A DNA stretch of 64,000 nt from Vicugna vicugna. Its lineage: Eukaryota. The position numbers were made by a program, and so were the translations under genes. Of this stretch, positions 1 to 12,654 are shown piece after piece. Location of the stretch: contig MU058531.1 of assembly GCA_013265495.1 (NCBI GenBank), positions 3,038,911-3,102,910 on the forward strand, read 5' to 3'. A model generated the notes under the pieces. The model did not search any database. It was not told where the DNA came from and saw only the letters and a program-made list of their open reading frames with translations. Position 1 is the first letter of the stretch. Every line of letters begins with the position of its first letter.

Positions 1-22
1 ATCTCGCCCGGCCGCAGCTCAC

Positions 23-83
23 CGTCGGGAGCTGCGCGTAAGCCTGGCCGGGGGTGCGGGCGCGCGGGGAGCCAGGGAGGCGA
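23..83 (-). other. RBP4: RBP4 non-coding exon 1 (5'UTR); the coding exons lie left of the window
   Basis: Minus strand reads TATAAA, then ~27 nt later ctcgcctccctggctccccgcgcgcccg...ggccaggcttacgcgcagctcccgacg|GTGAGC (donor GT at 22-21). This resembles mammalian RBP4 exon 1, and RBP4 is the known head-to-head neighbour of PDE6C. TSS approximate. Confidence 0.75.
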
Positions 84-109
84 GCGCGCGGCGGGGGCCG
101 CCCGGCCGC

Positions 110-115
110 TTTATA
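110..115 (-). promoter_or_regulatory. RBP4: RBP4 TATA box
   Basis: TTTATA on plus (gagcTATAAAgc on minus) embedded in very GC-rich sequence, ~27 nt upstream of the inferred exon 1. Confidence 0.75.
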
Positions 116-2684
116 GCTCCGGGGGGAGGGGGTCGCGCTTTCGTAACGGCGCGGGGTGAAAGACCGAGGGGGAGGCGCCCGGGCCGGCGGGCCAGCACTT
201 GCATAACGCGCCCTGACTCACCGCCGCCCGGGCGCAGGGAGGGTCCCTTTGGGCGAGAGCCTCACCTCCAGCGCCGCCCGGGGCTTGTGGAGCGGCCGCG
301 CGGGGTGGCCTCGGCGAAGCCCAACTCTCCGGCGGCGGCGAGCCGCGGGCACCAGCCCTGGCCTAGTTCCCCGGCACCGGTGCCAGCGGCCGCCAGCTGC
401 GGCCCGGGGTGGCCTCAGGGCCCAGTTGCTCTGGCTGGAGGCTCAGGTCGGCCTGGCGGGAAGACTGTGGCCTCCCAAAGCGAGGGGGACCTGCGATGCT
501 GCCCGGTGCGTTAGTGCTCGGGCCCTGGTGGTGCCAAATTGGCCCCTCAGCCTTCTGAGGGCTAGTTGTGCAGGGGGTTGGGACTATTTCGGCCAAGCAG
601 TTTTTCATTTTATAAAGGATGTCTTTTACTCCCTTTCAGGGGAGTTGTGGTGCCCTCTGGATCAATATTTGCTCTTTAGTTTCAACATCTTTAGAAGCAT
701 TAAAACCCTCCCTGTTAAATATTCTCCAGAAACGCACCCCTGGTCAGCACAGGAAATATTTTAGCAACCTCGGTGGTCGCCTACTTACTCCGTGGCACTT
801 CGCTCAAACCACTTTGAAACACACCTACCAATTGTTTATGGTGCAATTTTATTCCAAAGCCAGAGAGGAATTTTGTTTTGTTTTCGAAGCGGCCAAGGTG
901 AATGGGCTGAGGAGTGGACAAGAGGGGGAGGTGAACAAACCTCTCTAACGTCAATGGTCAATTAAGTGGAAATGCTGTGACTAGTTGTGTGATTTTGCCC
1001 CGTCAGGGTACAACTCCTGACCGTATTTTTCTCTTTCCATTCAAAGTGTTCTAATCTGATCAAAGCAGTCAGAAGATGCAGCTTTGGACTTTAAAATGGC
1101 AAAGAAATATCATCTTTTTGTAAGATTCCTTCCATGCAGTATCAGTTGTGTATCCATGGCCCAACTTGGAGAGGATCGAGATGAATTTGGTCCGTTTTGC
1201 TGCTGCCAGAATTGAAATAAGAGAGGGTGGAGGTAGAGAAGGGTGGCCACCAAACGGAGAAGTAAGGAGTTGATGGTCTTTACAGAACATTGGGGTTACT
1301 TCCGAGCCTCCTGAAAAAAAATAGCTGTGGCTTCTGTCACTTTCCTGTAACTCTTGGGACATCTCCCTGTCTGGTTCTCTGCTTCCACTTTCCGTCTTCT
1401 CCTCCACTCCTGTTGTTCATTTGAGTCTCAGGATGTCTCTGGAGTGCCAATGATGATGCAGTTAACTCTGTAGTATCCCCGTCTTCCTGCTAGGAAAGCC
1501 CTGTTTCAGGCCTGCCAGCTCACTGGGAGATCTTCTGGTTAGGTCCATTTTATCACAGGGTGTATAATCCCAAACAGCTCAAATAAGGTCTGCTCCAGAG
1601 CCGCTCCTGTAGCCACTCTGTGTGTGATTGTACATATAGTAGTATCCATGCACCCCGGGTAGGAAAGGATTTCAGGGTGACTCTCCATCTTTTGTCCAAT
1701 GTGTGGACCCCCTCTTTGACAAGTAGAGGACTTCCAGCCTCTCCTCAGACACCTCCAGTGATGGAGAGCTTCTGGTTGAGCCCAATTGTCTTTGGATCTT
1801 TCTGACTGCTAGGAAAGTTCTAATACCCCTAACCTTGTCAACTGTTTCTGGTGGTCCTTGCACATCCCACATATTGAATAAATGTAGCAGATTTCAATAC
1901 ATTTTTATGGTGATTGTTTTTGCAGCGGTATGTTTTTATTTATTTGTTCAATGCTTAAAAGTTGACATAACTGTTCCTGCTCTCCCCCCTCTCTTTCAGT
2001 GATAAATCATGAACTTCAGTGTTCCAGATACCAGCAAAGAAAAACAGTTTATTTTGGCTTTCGCTCTTGAATTTCTTCATGATTACAAATACATGAGTAG
2101 AGATTAACTGATGTTTTTAACTTCAGTGCTTTGAAATTTATCCTCCCAAATAATTTTTCAAATATGCATGTGTATGTATAATATCAACAGGAAAAATGTT
2201 TACAGTGATTACCTCTGTGTGATAAAAATAGGAACATTTAAAGCTTTATTTTTGATTTGTACTTTTTTGTATTTTCCTACAGTGAAAGTGTTTAATCAGA
2301 AAGGGAAACAAATATTCTCTTTGCAAGCATTTTTTCTTTTTATTTCCTAGATAAAATATTATGTTCTAAATTACATCTTATGGATGGTGTATAATATATA
2401 CAAAAATTCCTTTCCTTGTCATACTTTATGGAGAAACAGACCATGTTTCATTCATCTTAGTGTCCTTATCTTCCTAAAAATTAAGCATGTTTAACCAGCT
2501 CCATTTTGCCCAAGCTGATATTTACACTCACATCCTGATAGAGAGGCTAAGAAAGCTTAAAAACAAGGGAACTGGGTAGCGTTTATCTTCTGGCTGCATT
2601 AAAAAAGATGGCAAAATAATTGGTGGGAAAATGAAAAGACTAGTCATTCAGCCAATGTTTTCAGGTACAAAGAGTACAACTAAT

Positions 2685-4127
2685 TTTTTTCTTTCTTTTT
2701 TTAAAAAATTAAAGTAGAGTTGATTTACCATGTTGTGTTAGTTTCAGGTGTACAGAAAAGTGATTCAGTTATACATATATATATATATGTATAGTATGTG
2801 TATCTGCTAATCCCAAACTCCTAATTTATTCCTGCCCCACCCCTTTCCCTTTTGGTAACCATAAGTTTGTTTCCTGTCTGTGAGTCTATTGCTGTTTTGT
2901 AAATAAGATCATTTGTATCTTTTTTTTTTTCATTCCACATGTAGGTGATATCATATGATATTTATCTTTGTCTGACTTACTCCATTTAGTATGATGATCT
3001 CTAGGTCCATCCATGTTGCTGCAAATGGTATTATTTCATTCTTTTTTATGGCTGAATAGTATATTTATACTACATCTTCTTTATCCAGTCATCCGTCAGT
3101 GGACATTTAGGTTGCTTCCATGTCTGCTTAGCAAATAGTGCTGCATGAACATTGGGGTGCATGTAACTTTTCAAATGAGTGTTTTTGTTTCCTTTGGATA
3201 TATACCTAGAAGTGGAATTACTAGATCATATGGTAGTTCTATTTTTAGTTTTTTGAAGAACCTCCATACAGCTCTCTATAGTGGCTGCATCAATTTACAT
3301 TCCCACCAACAACAGTATAGGAAGGTTCCCTTTTTTCCACACGCTCTCCAGCATTTATTATTGGCCATTCTGACTGGTGTGGGGTGATACCTCATTGTAG
3401 TTTTGATTTTCATTTCTCTAATAATTAGTGATGTTGAACATTTTTTCATGTGCTTGTTGGCCATCTGTGTGTCTTCTTTGGAGAAATGTCTAAGCCTTCT
3501 GCCCATTTTTTGATTTGGTAGTTTGCTTGATATTGAGCTGTATGAACTGTTTGTATATTTTGGATATTAAGCCCTTGTCAGTTGCATTGTTTGTCAATAT
3601 TTTCTTCTAGTCCATAAGTTGTCTTTTTGTTTGGTTTATGGTTTCCTTTGCTGTCCAAAAGCCTTTAGGTTTAATTAGGTCCCATTTGTTTATTTTTGCT
3701 TTTACTTCCATTACTCTAGGAGATGGCTCCAAAAAAATATTGCTGCAATTTATGTCAAAGAGTGTCCTGCCTGTTTTGCTCTAGGAGTTTTATAGTACCC
3801 AGTCTAACATTTAGGTCTTTAATCCATTTTGAGTTTCTTTTTGTATATGGTGTTAGAGAATGTTCTAATTTCAGTCTTTTACATGTAGCTGTCCAGTTTT
3901 TCCCAGCACCACTTATTGAAGAGACTATCTTTTCTCCATTGTGTATTCTTGCCTCATTTGTCATAGATTAATTGACCAAAGTGCATGGGTTTATTTCTGG
4001 ACTTTCTATCCTGTTCCATTGATCCAAGTGTCTGTTTTAGTGCCAGTACCATACTGTCTTGATTCCTATAGCTTTGTAGTATAGTCTGAAGTCAGGGACC
4101 GGGATTCCTCCAGCTCCGTTCTTCTTG
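2685..4127 (-). mobile_element. 5'-truncated LINE-1 (ORF2 C-terminus plus 3'UTR)
   Basis: Minus ORFs [43 protein letters not shown] and [32 protein letters not shown] are degenerate L1 ORF2; poly-T tail near 2685-2702. Confidence 0.92.
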
Positions 4128-5879
4128 ATTCTGCAAGGCGTACCCCGAGGAAAAATAGTAGCAGAGACGGTGGGATAGGAGAGAAGGAGAAGGATATTTG
4201 TGTGTGCGCCTAAAGGCAGGCTTCCAATATTTCCCTTAAAAAAAAAAAGCCTTTGTCTTTATAAAATGTCATCCAATACTCAAAGTAGTCAGCAGTGACC
4301 CCTTTTTCTCACTTGCCTTTTCTAACAAGTCAGTCACCTCATCCTGTCAATTGTTGCCTAGAATTGTATCTCCCATTTGTATCTTCCTTTGTCATCCCCA
4401 GGCAGCCTCACCCATAGCCTGGGAGAATAACCTTAAAAACTACGTTTGTGAATGAATGAATTTCTTTATTATATAAATTACATATGTTTACTCTAGATAC
4501 TTTAGAAAAATCAGGTAAGAAAAAGGGAAGAAAAAAATTATTATATTGAATTCCACTGCTTTGGAATAATCACTGTCAACATTTTGGTATATACACCTCC
4601 ATGTATGTGTGTGTGTGTATGTGGAATCATGCAATTTATCTCACATGGTAAATATCTGTTCCTATCAATGAATAGGCCATTACAACAGGATTATTAATAA
4701 ATGTGTAGTTTTCTATTACATGACTATGATGCCATTTATTTACTTAACCTCCTGTTGTCAGGAGCCTGGCATCTGCAACCTCAATGAATCACTTTTTCTT
4801 TTCTAAGACCATTATCACTCTAGCCAAGTAAGATTTAAATTTAGAGAAATAAATGAAACCCAGAGCCTTGCTGTTTTTTAAGTGGACTTATGTGTGGGCG
4901 TGACAATAACTTTTAGAGGCACTGTAACATGTTATATGTTTTCACTCAAGAAAATTTGTCATATGAAGTTTGTAGCTTTATTGAAATGCTGAAAAGACCT
5001 GGACTAAACTGGAAATCAGCTTTTAAATATTCAAGGAAATTGGTTCACTAAATGTGTAGTTTGACTTATTAATTGCATAATAGTGTTTAAATATTTGGGA
5101 AAATGTGCTTAATCAATGTAAAAGCTTAATAACCTGAACATTAAACAAAAGTAAGTAGTGATAAGTGTTCCTTCCACTCCAGAAGCCCCTGAGACATTGA
5201 AGATCCTAGGCAACAGACAAAACAGGTACTGTCTAATGGATTTAACCAACAGTACTTGGAGCAAAAATGCATGAGGTCTGGCTGTTACTGTTGAAAACAA
5301 AATCCAAACTAACGTGCTTAGCAGGAAAACCCAGTTAACAGCTTCATGGGTTGTCTTTTATGACCATGTCTTTTGACAAAGATTAATATATAATTTGTGG
5401 TTTGATTAGGTTTGAATCACAGACAAATATTTTGCCACATCCCCCTCTCTAATATAAGTCCAAGGTTTGCTTCTTTAAAACATTTCCGAGGTCAGGTTTT
5501 TAAGTGAGGGGAACTGAGAGGTGAGGGTTTTACAGAAAGAGTAGGCCAAGTTATCCAGCTGATCATAGGACTTTTAAGAAAAGGGAAGATTAATATTCAA
5601 TTTTATGTTTTGTTGATGCTAAACCCTTCCATCTGCCCTAGATGTTCCGTTAAAGTTGTATTATAAACAGATATTTCCGAGGGTTAAGTCATTTCACTTC
5701 ATAGAGCTACCAGTGAAAGAACAAGCTAAATTGTCCATCGATGCTAACGTAGTATAATTACTGGATGTATCAATAATTCTTCTTGCTGCTGACAGCAGCC
5801 AAGATGCAGTTATTTTTCTGGCATGGTCACTTGGACTTGCCACTTGGCTGGCTGATCTAAGATGCTCTGAGGATTCTCT

Positions 5880-6168
5880 CAGGTCTTAGGAGCTAATAAT
5901 GCTTAGGGATTTTGTGTCCTGAAGAATTCTTTAATCCCACGCTTCCTGAATCCCAGCCTAAGCCAGGACCTTCTGTCACATCCAAAGAGTTACAGGCCGT
6001 TTGAAAGCTCTGCTAAATCTTTCTGCTTCGCCTTTAGGGTCCTGGGAGGGGCCCCTTAGGGCTTCCCCAGTAACTTGGGCCAGGATGTATCCCCTTCTTG
6101 GAACTCTACCTCTGGTGATGCTCTGAGGGTCTTCCTTTCTGAACAATAGCGGAAAAGCAAGCCACACC
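5880..6168 (+). promoter_or_regulatory. PDE6C: PDE6C proximal promoter/5'UTR with CRX/OTX-type sites
   Basis: TAATCC at 5932-5937 and CTAAGCC at 5958-5964 (K50 homeodomain motifs typical of photoreceptor promoters), ~210-240 nt upstream of the ATG. Confidence 0.6.
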
Positions 6169-6648
6169 ATGGGTGAGATCAGCCAAGAGACGGTGGAGAA
6201 ATACCTGGAGGACAACCCTCAGTTTGCCATGGAGTACTTCGACAAGAAGCTGCGGGCAGAAGCCCCAGGAGAAATCTCGGAGCCTGGCGGGGCCCATGTG
6301 CCCGCCAGTGCATCCTTCCCTGGCCTGACCCTGGCGGAGGAGGCGGCCCTGTGCCTGGAGCTGCTGGGGGTCCTGCGGGAGGAGGCGGGCAGCGCCGAGC
6401 TGGCGGTGCACAGGGCGCTGCAGAGGCTGGTGCGGCTGGTGCAGGCCGACCGCTGCAGCATGTTCTTGTGCCGGGCCCGCAACGGCACCCCCGAGGTGGC
6501 CTCTAAGCTGCTCGATGTCACTCCCACCTCCAGGTTTGAGGACAACCTGGTGGTCCCCGACAAAGAAGCTGTGTTTCCGCTGGATGTCGGGATAGTGGGT
6601 TGGGTTGCCCACACAAAGAAAACCTTTAATGTCCCAGATGTGAAAAAG
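6169..6648 (+). CDS. PDE6C: PDE6C exon 1 (480 nt; N-terminus and start of GAF-A)
   Basis: accATGG Kozak; [19 protein letters not shown]...[14 protein letters not shown]...[20 protein letters not shown]; donor AAG|GTAAGT. Confidence 0.97.
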
Positions 6649-6827
6649 GTAAGTGGCCTGATGACAATGGAGTGGAGATGAGGTCTTGGGGTGGGGGTGG
6701 GAGTGGGGGGGCTGCGGGTTGGGGGTGGTCCTGGGAAAGAGAGTGGGGTCCAGAGACCATCCTTGTGGTACTGGTTTGGCTGTAATCTGGGGAGTGCAGT
6801 GGTGGGGAAGAGGTACACCCAGGCCAA

Positions 6828-6947
6828 GAGTTGCCAGATTTAGCAAATAAAATGACAAGCTGCCCAGATCTGAGTTTCAGATCAACAATCCATAATGTTT
6901 TAGTGTAAGTGTGTCCCATGTGATTTAGGGCATTTTATCAGGCAACG
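6828..6947. mobile_element. MER53-like hAT MITE, internally deleted
   Basis: gttgccagatttagcaaataaaa...attttatcaggcaac inverted termini. Confidence 0.7.
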
Positions 6948-8116
6948 TTCCCTGGGTCTGGTGCAGTCCACACCTGCGCTCTTACACCTCCTCTGTGCTC
7001 TGGGCACTGTCCTGACCAACAGGGCAAAGCAGGCCGCCCACTGGTGAGATCAGCCAAGACGTCAGATGCCAAGGCCCCTGAACGGCTCCCCACGCCTCTC
7101 ACCCACAATCCTTTGAAGACACTCAGCTCTTTGGGATGAATTGGCTCATGAACGGATTCTCTCACCTATAGACCAAATGTGCGAAAAGAAAGTTCGGATC
7201 TGGATCATTAAACATTTGAATTTAGGGGATGATTAAATACAACTGGCCATCTCAACCCCTCATAACTCAGATCTACCAAGAACGAATTCCAATCCTGTAA
7301 ATGGAACATTTGGACCCTCCTGAAGACCAGTCTCACACAGTGTATAACTTATTATGCTCTTTTAAAAGCAGAAAAATTAACTTTCTGCTTACCACCTCAA
7401 TGCTTGTTCAGTTTTGAAAAATTTGAAAATATAAATAAACAAAAACGAAATGCAAATCACCCATAATCCCTCCACTTGGCCATAACCATAGGTCGCAGCC
7501 CAGGAGTTTCTCCTGCCAGCCCTTTTCCTACGCAAGTGTCCCAGCATTTTGATTTGCTGTTAACAAAGAGGAGATTTAGATGGTGATGGAACAGAATTGA
7601 TTGGGAGCAGCCTCTGAAATGCTTTCTGAGTAGAGGTTTATTGTCGGCTCGGCTGGTGGAGGGGGCAGCTGGAAGCAGAGGATAATCCCCTCCAGGCCTC
7701 CTGAAGCTGATTACAGGAGGGGGCCTCAGGGATCCACAAGGCGCAGAAGTTGTCAAACATTAGCTATACCACTCGGCAAACAGCTACAGGACAGCCCGGA
7801 GGGGCAAGGGTTGCTGTTGGTCACCAGAGAGTCCTCAGGCTTTACCATCCCTCCCTGCAGTGAGTTTAAGCTGGTTTAGGTGGGATTCTGAGGCCCGCTG
7901 CAGCTGCTTCCGGTGGCTAAACTGACCCGTGCCCTCAAGGCAAACTTCTCTGATCCCAGCTAGGAGGCTCTGCCCACACACCCTGAGGTTTTCTTGCGGG
8001 AGTATTCGTCTTGCCAGTCTCCGACTGAGGCCATCTTCGAAATAACTAGGACAGTGAATTTAAGAAAGTGATACGCAAGATTTTTTTTTTTCTGAAGAGA
8101 GTTTCAAGAAGAAATG

Positions 8117-8195
8117 GATAAGGCGAGGGATATAGCTCAGTGGGAGCATGCACAGGATCCTGGGTTCAATCCCTAGCACCTCCATTTAAAAAAAG
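8117..8195 (+). mobile_element. tRNA-derived SINE (camelid type), short copy
   Basis: A-box tatagctcagtgg, B-box gggttcaatcc, A tail; TSD AAGAAGAAATG at 8106-8116 and 8193-8203. Confidence 0.8.
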
Positions 8196-8485
8196 AAGAA
8201 ATGAGTATAATGACTTCTGCTGTACCCATTTCCCCATGTTGAGGACAGAATAATAGAATGGAGCTGCTTAAGAAATTAGGTGGCCTGAGTCTGCAGCTGG
8301 CTGTGATGAGTGCCCCGCGTGGACAGGGCAGTAAATGGTGGGGGAGGAGGGAGTGGGGCATTTCTTTTGGTCCTCATTCCCTTCTCCTGAGGATGTGTGA
8401 AGATATACATTCCCCTGAGCTCAGGGACAAAGGCCTCATTTGTTCTCCATTTCTACTGCTTCTAAGCGCATTTTTTTCCTCCGAG

Positions 8486-8668
8486 AATGGTGCTCTTCAA
8501 CTCTAGATGCATGTTAAAATCAAACTGTGAGCTTTTCTAAAAATACAGATGTCTGAGACTTCCAGTAGACCAGTTACACCAGACTCACAGAGGTTGGGGC
8601 ACAGCCAGGAGTATGTTTTAAAAGCTCCCCAGGGACTCAAATATGCAGCCAATGTTGAAAACCACCCG
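8486..8668. mobile_element. MER5-like hAT-Charlie element
   Basis: ...aaaatacagatg...aagctccccaggga...atgcagccaatgttgaaaaccac pattern. Confidence 0.6.
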
Positions 8669-11600
8669 CCTATTGAGTGAGCAGATGCAAGAGGGAGGAA
8701 GCGGATTTCAAACAAACTGTGGACAATTAGATGGAAGGGGCCCCTGGAGTTGTTAGTTTAACTCTTCCCTTGGGTGGACCGGAGGTTGAAGTCATGGGGG
8801 ATATGTCTCTTCAGAGTCCAGAGCCTGTTGTCAAGAGGGCTGGACAAGACAAGGCCTCCTCACTGTGTCCAGGCTCTTCCTGCCCGCACCCTACCCCACA
8901 GCCCTGCAGTTTCACCGCACTTAAGTCGCTTCGGTAAAATCTGCGAAGAGAAAGGCGTTGGAAACCAATGATTTGAGTGGCATTTCTATTAACGCTGCTC
9001 CTGTCCTTTCTCTTACTCTTTCTCTCACTTGATTCTGGCAAAGACCCTGCACAGAAGGCAAGGACCATATTTTTATTTCCATCCATTGTATGTGAGAATC
9101 TTTTCCAGGTCAATTAGGCAGGATGTGGTGGGTATGGGATCATAACCCAGGGCTTCCCAGCCCTCCCTCTTTGGTCACAGCCCTGACAGCACACAATCTC
9201 TCTCTGGTTGGCAGTGTGGGCGTGGGGGAGGGAGGACTTCTCGCACATGGACCAGGAGGTGGAACCGGACACTCCCCGCCTTGGTAACAGGGGAGCCACG
9301 TGGTGTCGGGTGAGCGCTTTGGCATCAGGCAACCTGGGCACAGATCCAGGTGTGAGTCTAGGTAACCTCGTGATGGATTGTGTTTCCGCACCTGAGAAAC
9401 AGAGGTGACCAAATGTGCAGATGAAATGTCTGTAAAGTGCCTGACTCCTAGTAGGTACTCAATGAATGACAGCTATGATAACATTATATTAACGCCAAGA
9501 GAAGTTGGGGGCGGGGTGTGGGTGGCCAAAACCGGGTCAATGATTATTGCCTGTTTTTAAAACAGGTTAAAGGCAAGGAAACTTAATAACAGGAAACTGA
9601 GACATCTTCTCCAGTTAATCATTTCTTACTGTATTGGGAAAGCTGCTTAGGAACTCTATGGGTGGTTCTCCTCACTGTGGTTTAAAAGAAAGCCACAGGA
9701 GAACCCTGTTTTCAATAATTAACAGGGTGCTTATAGCTCCCTCTCCTCCCTCTTCTCTTTCTGACTGCCGATCTCGAGGTGTTTAATCAGAATTTAACCA
9801 TCCAGGTGGCCCGCTGCTTGAACCAATGTTCTCAGTTGTCTTCATTGGCTTCTTGGAAGGACCATCAAATGAGTTTGTGAATCTGAAAGATACAAGATTT
9901 ACTAAAAAAAAAAACTTCAGCAAGCGTTGTTTAAACCAGTGAAAATAAAAAACCAGAAAACCTCACTTCACCTATCCTGTGTTGGTAGATTGGCAGATGG
10001 TTTTATCCAGCATTTTCAGATACAGTGATAAGCAAGCATTACATTTTAAAACTTACAAGCCATTTTCTCAAAGTGGCCGATTGAACATAAGAACATTTCC
10101 TTCTGCTTAGAATCTAGAATAAAATAGCATCAGAATTTGAAGCTGCAGAATGAAGTGTGTTTGCAAAGAAATGCTGCCTGACTCCATCCCACGGTGCATA
10201 TTTTGGGCATTTTGGTTATTCCTTTAGGGCCCAGTATCTCTGTGTGAATGAAAGTGATCATGCTCTGTAGTGGGTAATAGGTTAGGAGGGAAATGGACAG
10301 CAAGCCAGCCTGGCCTAGCAGTGGATTAAGAGAATGAACGTCCCAAAGTCTGGAGACATTCTGGTCTGAGAGTGAAGCGGCTACAGGAAGCAGAGAGAAG
10401 TCGCCGATAAAGTAGTTAGGAAAGAGAGGTGGCTCTGGTTGGTGGGGGTGGAGAGCTGGCCCTCAGGATCAAATGTGCTAAAAGTATCTGATTTCTTTAG
10501 TGATTAGAACTGGTTCCAAAAGCTAGGAGCAGAAGCAAAATGTAATTGCACTTCTCATCCAAGGAGGCCTCCAAGGTCCCAGGTTTCTCTTCCCAGGATT
10601 TACTGAGCACCTACTATGTGTCAGATCCTTTTCTAAGTGCGCTGCCTGCACTGTGTCATTCTCTCTTCACATCAGAGACTTGAGACAATACTTACAATCG
10701 TCGTTCCCATCTTCAGATTAAACAGCAAGGACGCAGAGGGCAAGCAGCATGCCCAGCGTCTCACAGCTAGTTAACTGGGGCCTGGTTTTAGCCAAAGAAG
10801 TCTGACTGCAGAACCTTCTTCATTGCGCAATGCTGCCTCCTACGTAAGTAGTTGGGTTGTGTGGCTCCACCTTGGGCAGGTGGAGAAGGGATCTGGGGTC
10901 ATCCGAGTCCCTTAGCAGCTCCCATTTTTAAGGATCCTCCACAGAACTGAATCATCCACTACAAGTACAGATTCCACTGTAGGAAGTCAGGATTTGGCGG
11001 GTCTGCCGTGGGGTCTGTGAATCTGCATCCATCTACCGTGATTCTGAGGCTCAGCCCAGGTCTGCTGCTCTGAGCTGAGCTGTGAGTTCTGTCGACCAAG
11101 CAGCCCTTGTTCCCGGCTGGAAATTCTGGCCCAGAAGTCACACACCAGTGGTCTCTCCCATTTTCACTTTTATTTTTTACTACCATCAACATGGGGCCAT
11201 GAACATAATACAACTTGTAGAAGGAACACCACGTGAATTGTGGCCACTGAACCTCAAAGTCGGGCTGAAAGTTCAGTTCTAGCTGAAGACTCAGGTTCAA
11301 AGGGGTGATAGTAAGAACCCGCCTCTACACCCAACTAGAGTGGGTGTTCCTCTCAGTTACCGCTAATAAGATAACTGCTTGACCTGCTTCTCAAGCCCTT
11401 CCACTTGCGCACCTCTCCAAACTCATCACTCTGTCCTTTCTGTGGTTAGTGTATTAGAATCATCTCTTACATCTAGTGTAGGAGGCTTGTACCTGAGATG
11501 ATCCACTTCTTGTCCCCGCAAGAAAGAAATATAAATTACGAATGAAAGACACTAGCTTGATGCAACATTTAAAAACTGATAAGTGTCCGGTGCTGGTGAA

Positions 11601-12139
11601 AGGGTGGTCTTCTCACACATGACCAGTGGAAGTAAGAATTTAAAAGTAACTTGTGTAAATAAAAATTGCATCTCTCTGTTGATCCAGCAAAAGGAATTTC
11701 CACTTTGAGGAATCTACCACATAAAAATAAAAGTAAAAGTGATTAGTGCAGCATTGTTTGCAGTGGGGAAAACTACACACAGACAGAATCAGTAGAGGCT
11801 GGTTGGGTGGATCTTGGAGCCCCTACACTGTGGAGGAGTATGCAAGAATTTAGAAGATGGGTTCACATCCATATGCATTGGTCTGGAGGGAAGTCCATAA
11901 GGTATTGTTAGGTGATGAAAGTATTGAAAAGAAAATGTTATTGGAAAAGGAAAAGAAAAATCTTTGTCCAAGCATAGAGAAAGGCAAGGGAGGAGATATA
12001 CTAAGCAGGTAACACAGATTTCCTAAGTAGGTGAGGTTAGGAGAAGTCTGCAGGATTAATCATTTCTTTCTTTACATTATGATATAGGGGTTGACTGGTT
12101 TCAAGTGTACTTTTACTTTTGCAATTGAGAAGAGCTCTA

Positions 12140-12270
12140 ACAGGGAACTATTTTCAGTATCTTATAATAACTTATAATGGAAAAGAATATGTGTGTGAAT
12201 CACTGAATCACTTTGCTGTAAACTAGAAACTAACACAACGTTGTAAATCAAATATAATTCAATTAAAAAA
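12140..12270 (+). mobile_element. Very short L1 3' end
   Basis: ctgaatcactttgctgta...aacacaacgttgtaaatcaa plus A tail; perfect 12-bp TSD AGAAGAGCTCTA (12128-12139, 12270-12281). Confidence 0.85.
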
Positions 12271-12654
12271 GAAGAGCTCTATGAAGTGGACCTGGAATCC
12301 CAGCTGTGCTCTTTCTGGCACATACTTTCTGCCTATTATAATCCTGCCCTCTCCTCCTCTTAGAACCTCACTTTCCACTTGGCCACAGCATCACCTCTTT
12401 TCTCCTGGCCCAACCTCAGCCTAACCTGGAGAGGCTGTAGCTCAGATGGGACACGCTCATTCTGAAACTGGCAGTTTCATTCCACACAATCAGAAGATGG
12501 GAGGTGGGTGGGAATGTTTGTTTGGGACCCACGTGCTAGGGCCCTGGTTATCTGTCGGTACAACTTGGACTAGAGGGAGTGATCTCTTGCCATTCCTAGA
12601 TCTGCACTCCATGGTTCTGTGCTACTTTGGCAAATGTGTGAATGTATCTTTCAG

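Larger units (their letters stand above)
1..520. promoter_or_regulatory. CpG island / RBP4 promoter with bZIP-type sites
   Basis: Very GC- and CpG-rich. C/EBP-like TTTCGTAAC (139-147) and TTGCATAAC (199-207); AP-1 TGACTCA (214-220). Confidence 0.75.

Noticed and set aside
249..948. ORFs of 171, 75, 81 and 109 aa near the RBP4 promoter
   Set aside because: Expected stop-codon depletion in a CpG island; several use non-ATG starts and none has a recognisable domain
1069..1407. 112-aa minus-strand ORF, possible retrocopy
   Set aside because: GTG start, no protein family recognised, no poly-A tail or TSD seen; a BLASTx hit would be needed to revive it
6106..6858. Two long minus-strand ORFs (250 aa and 202 aa) overlapping PDE6C exon 1
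   Set aside because: Antisense shadows of a GC-rich coding exon plus G-rich intron; low-complexity peptides with no recognisable homology
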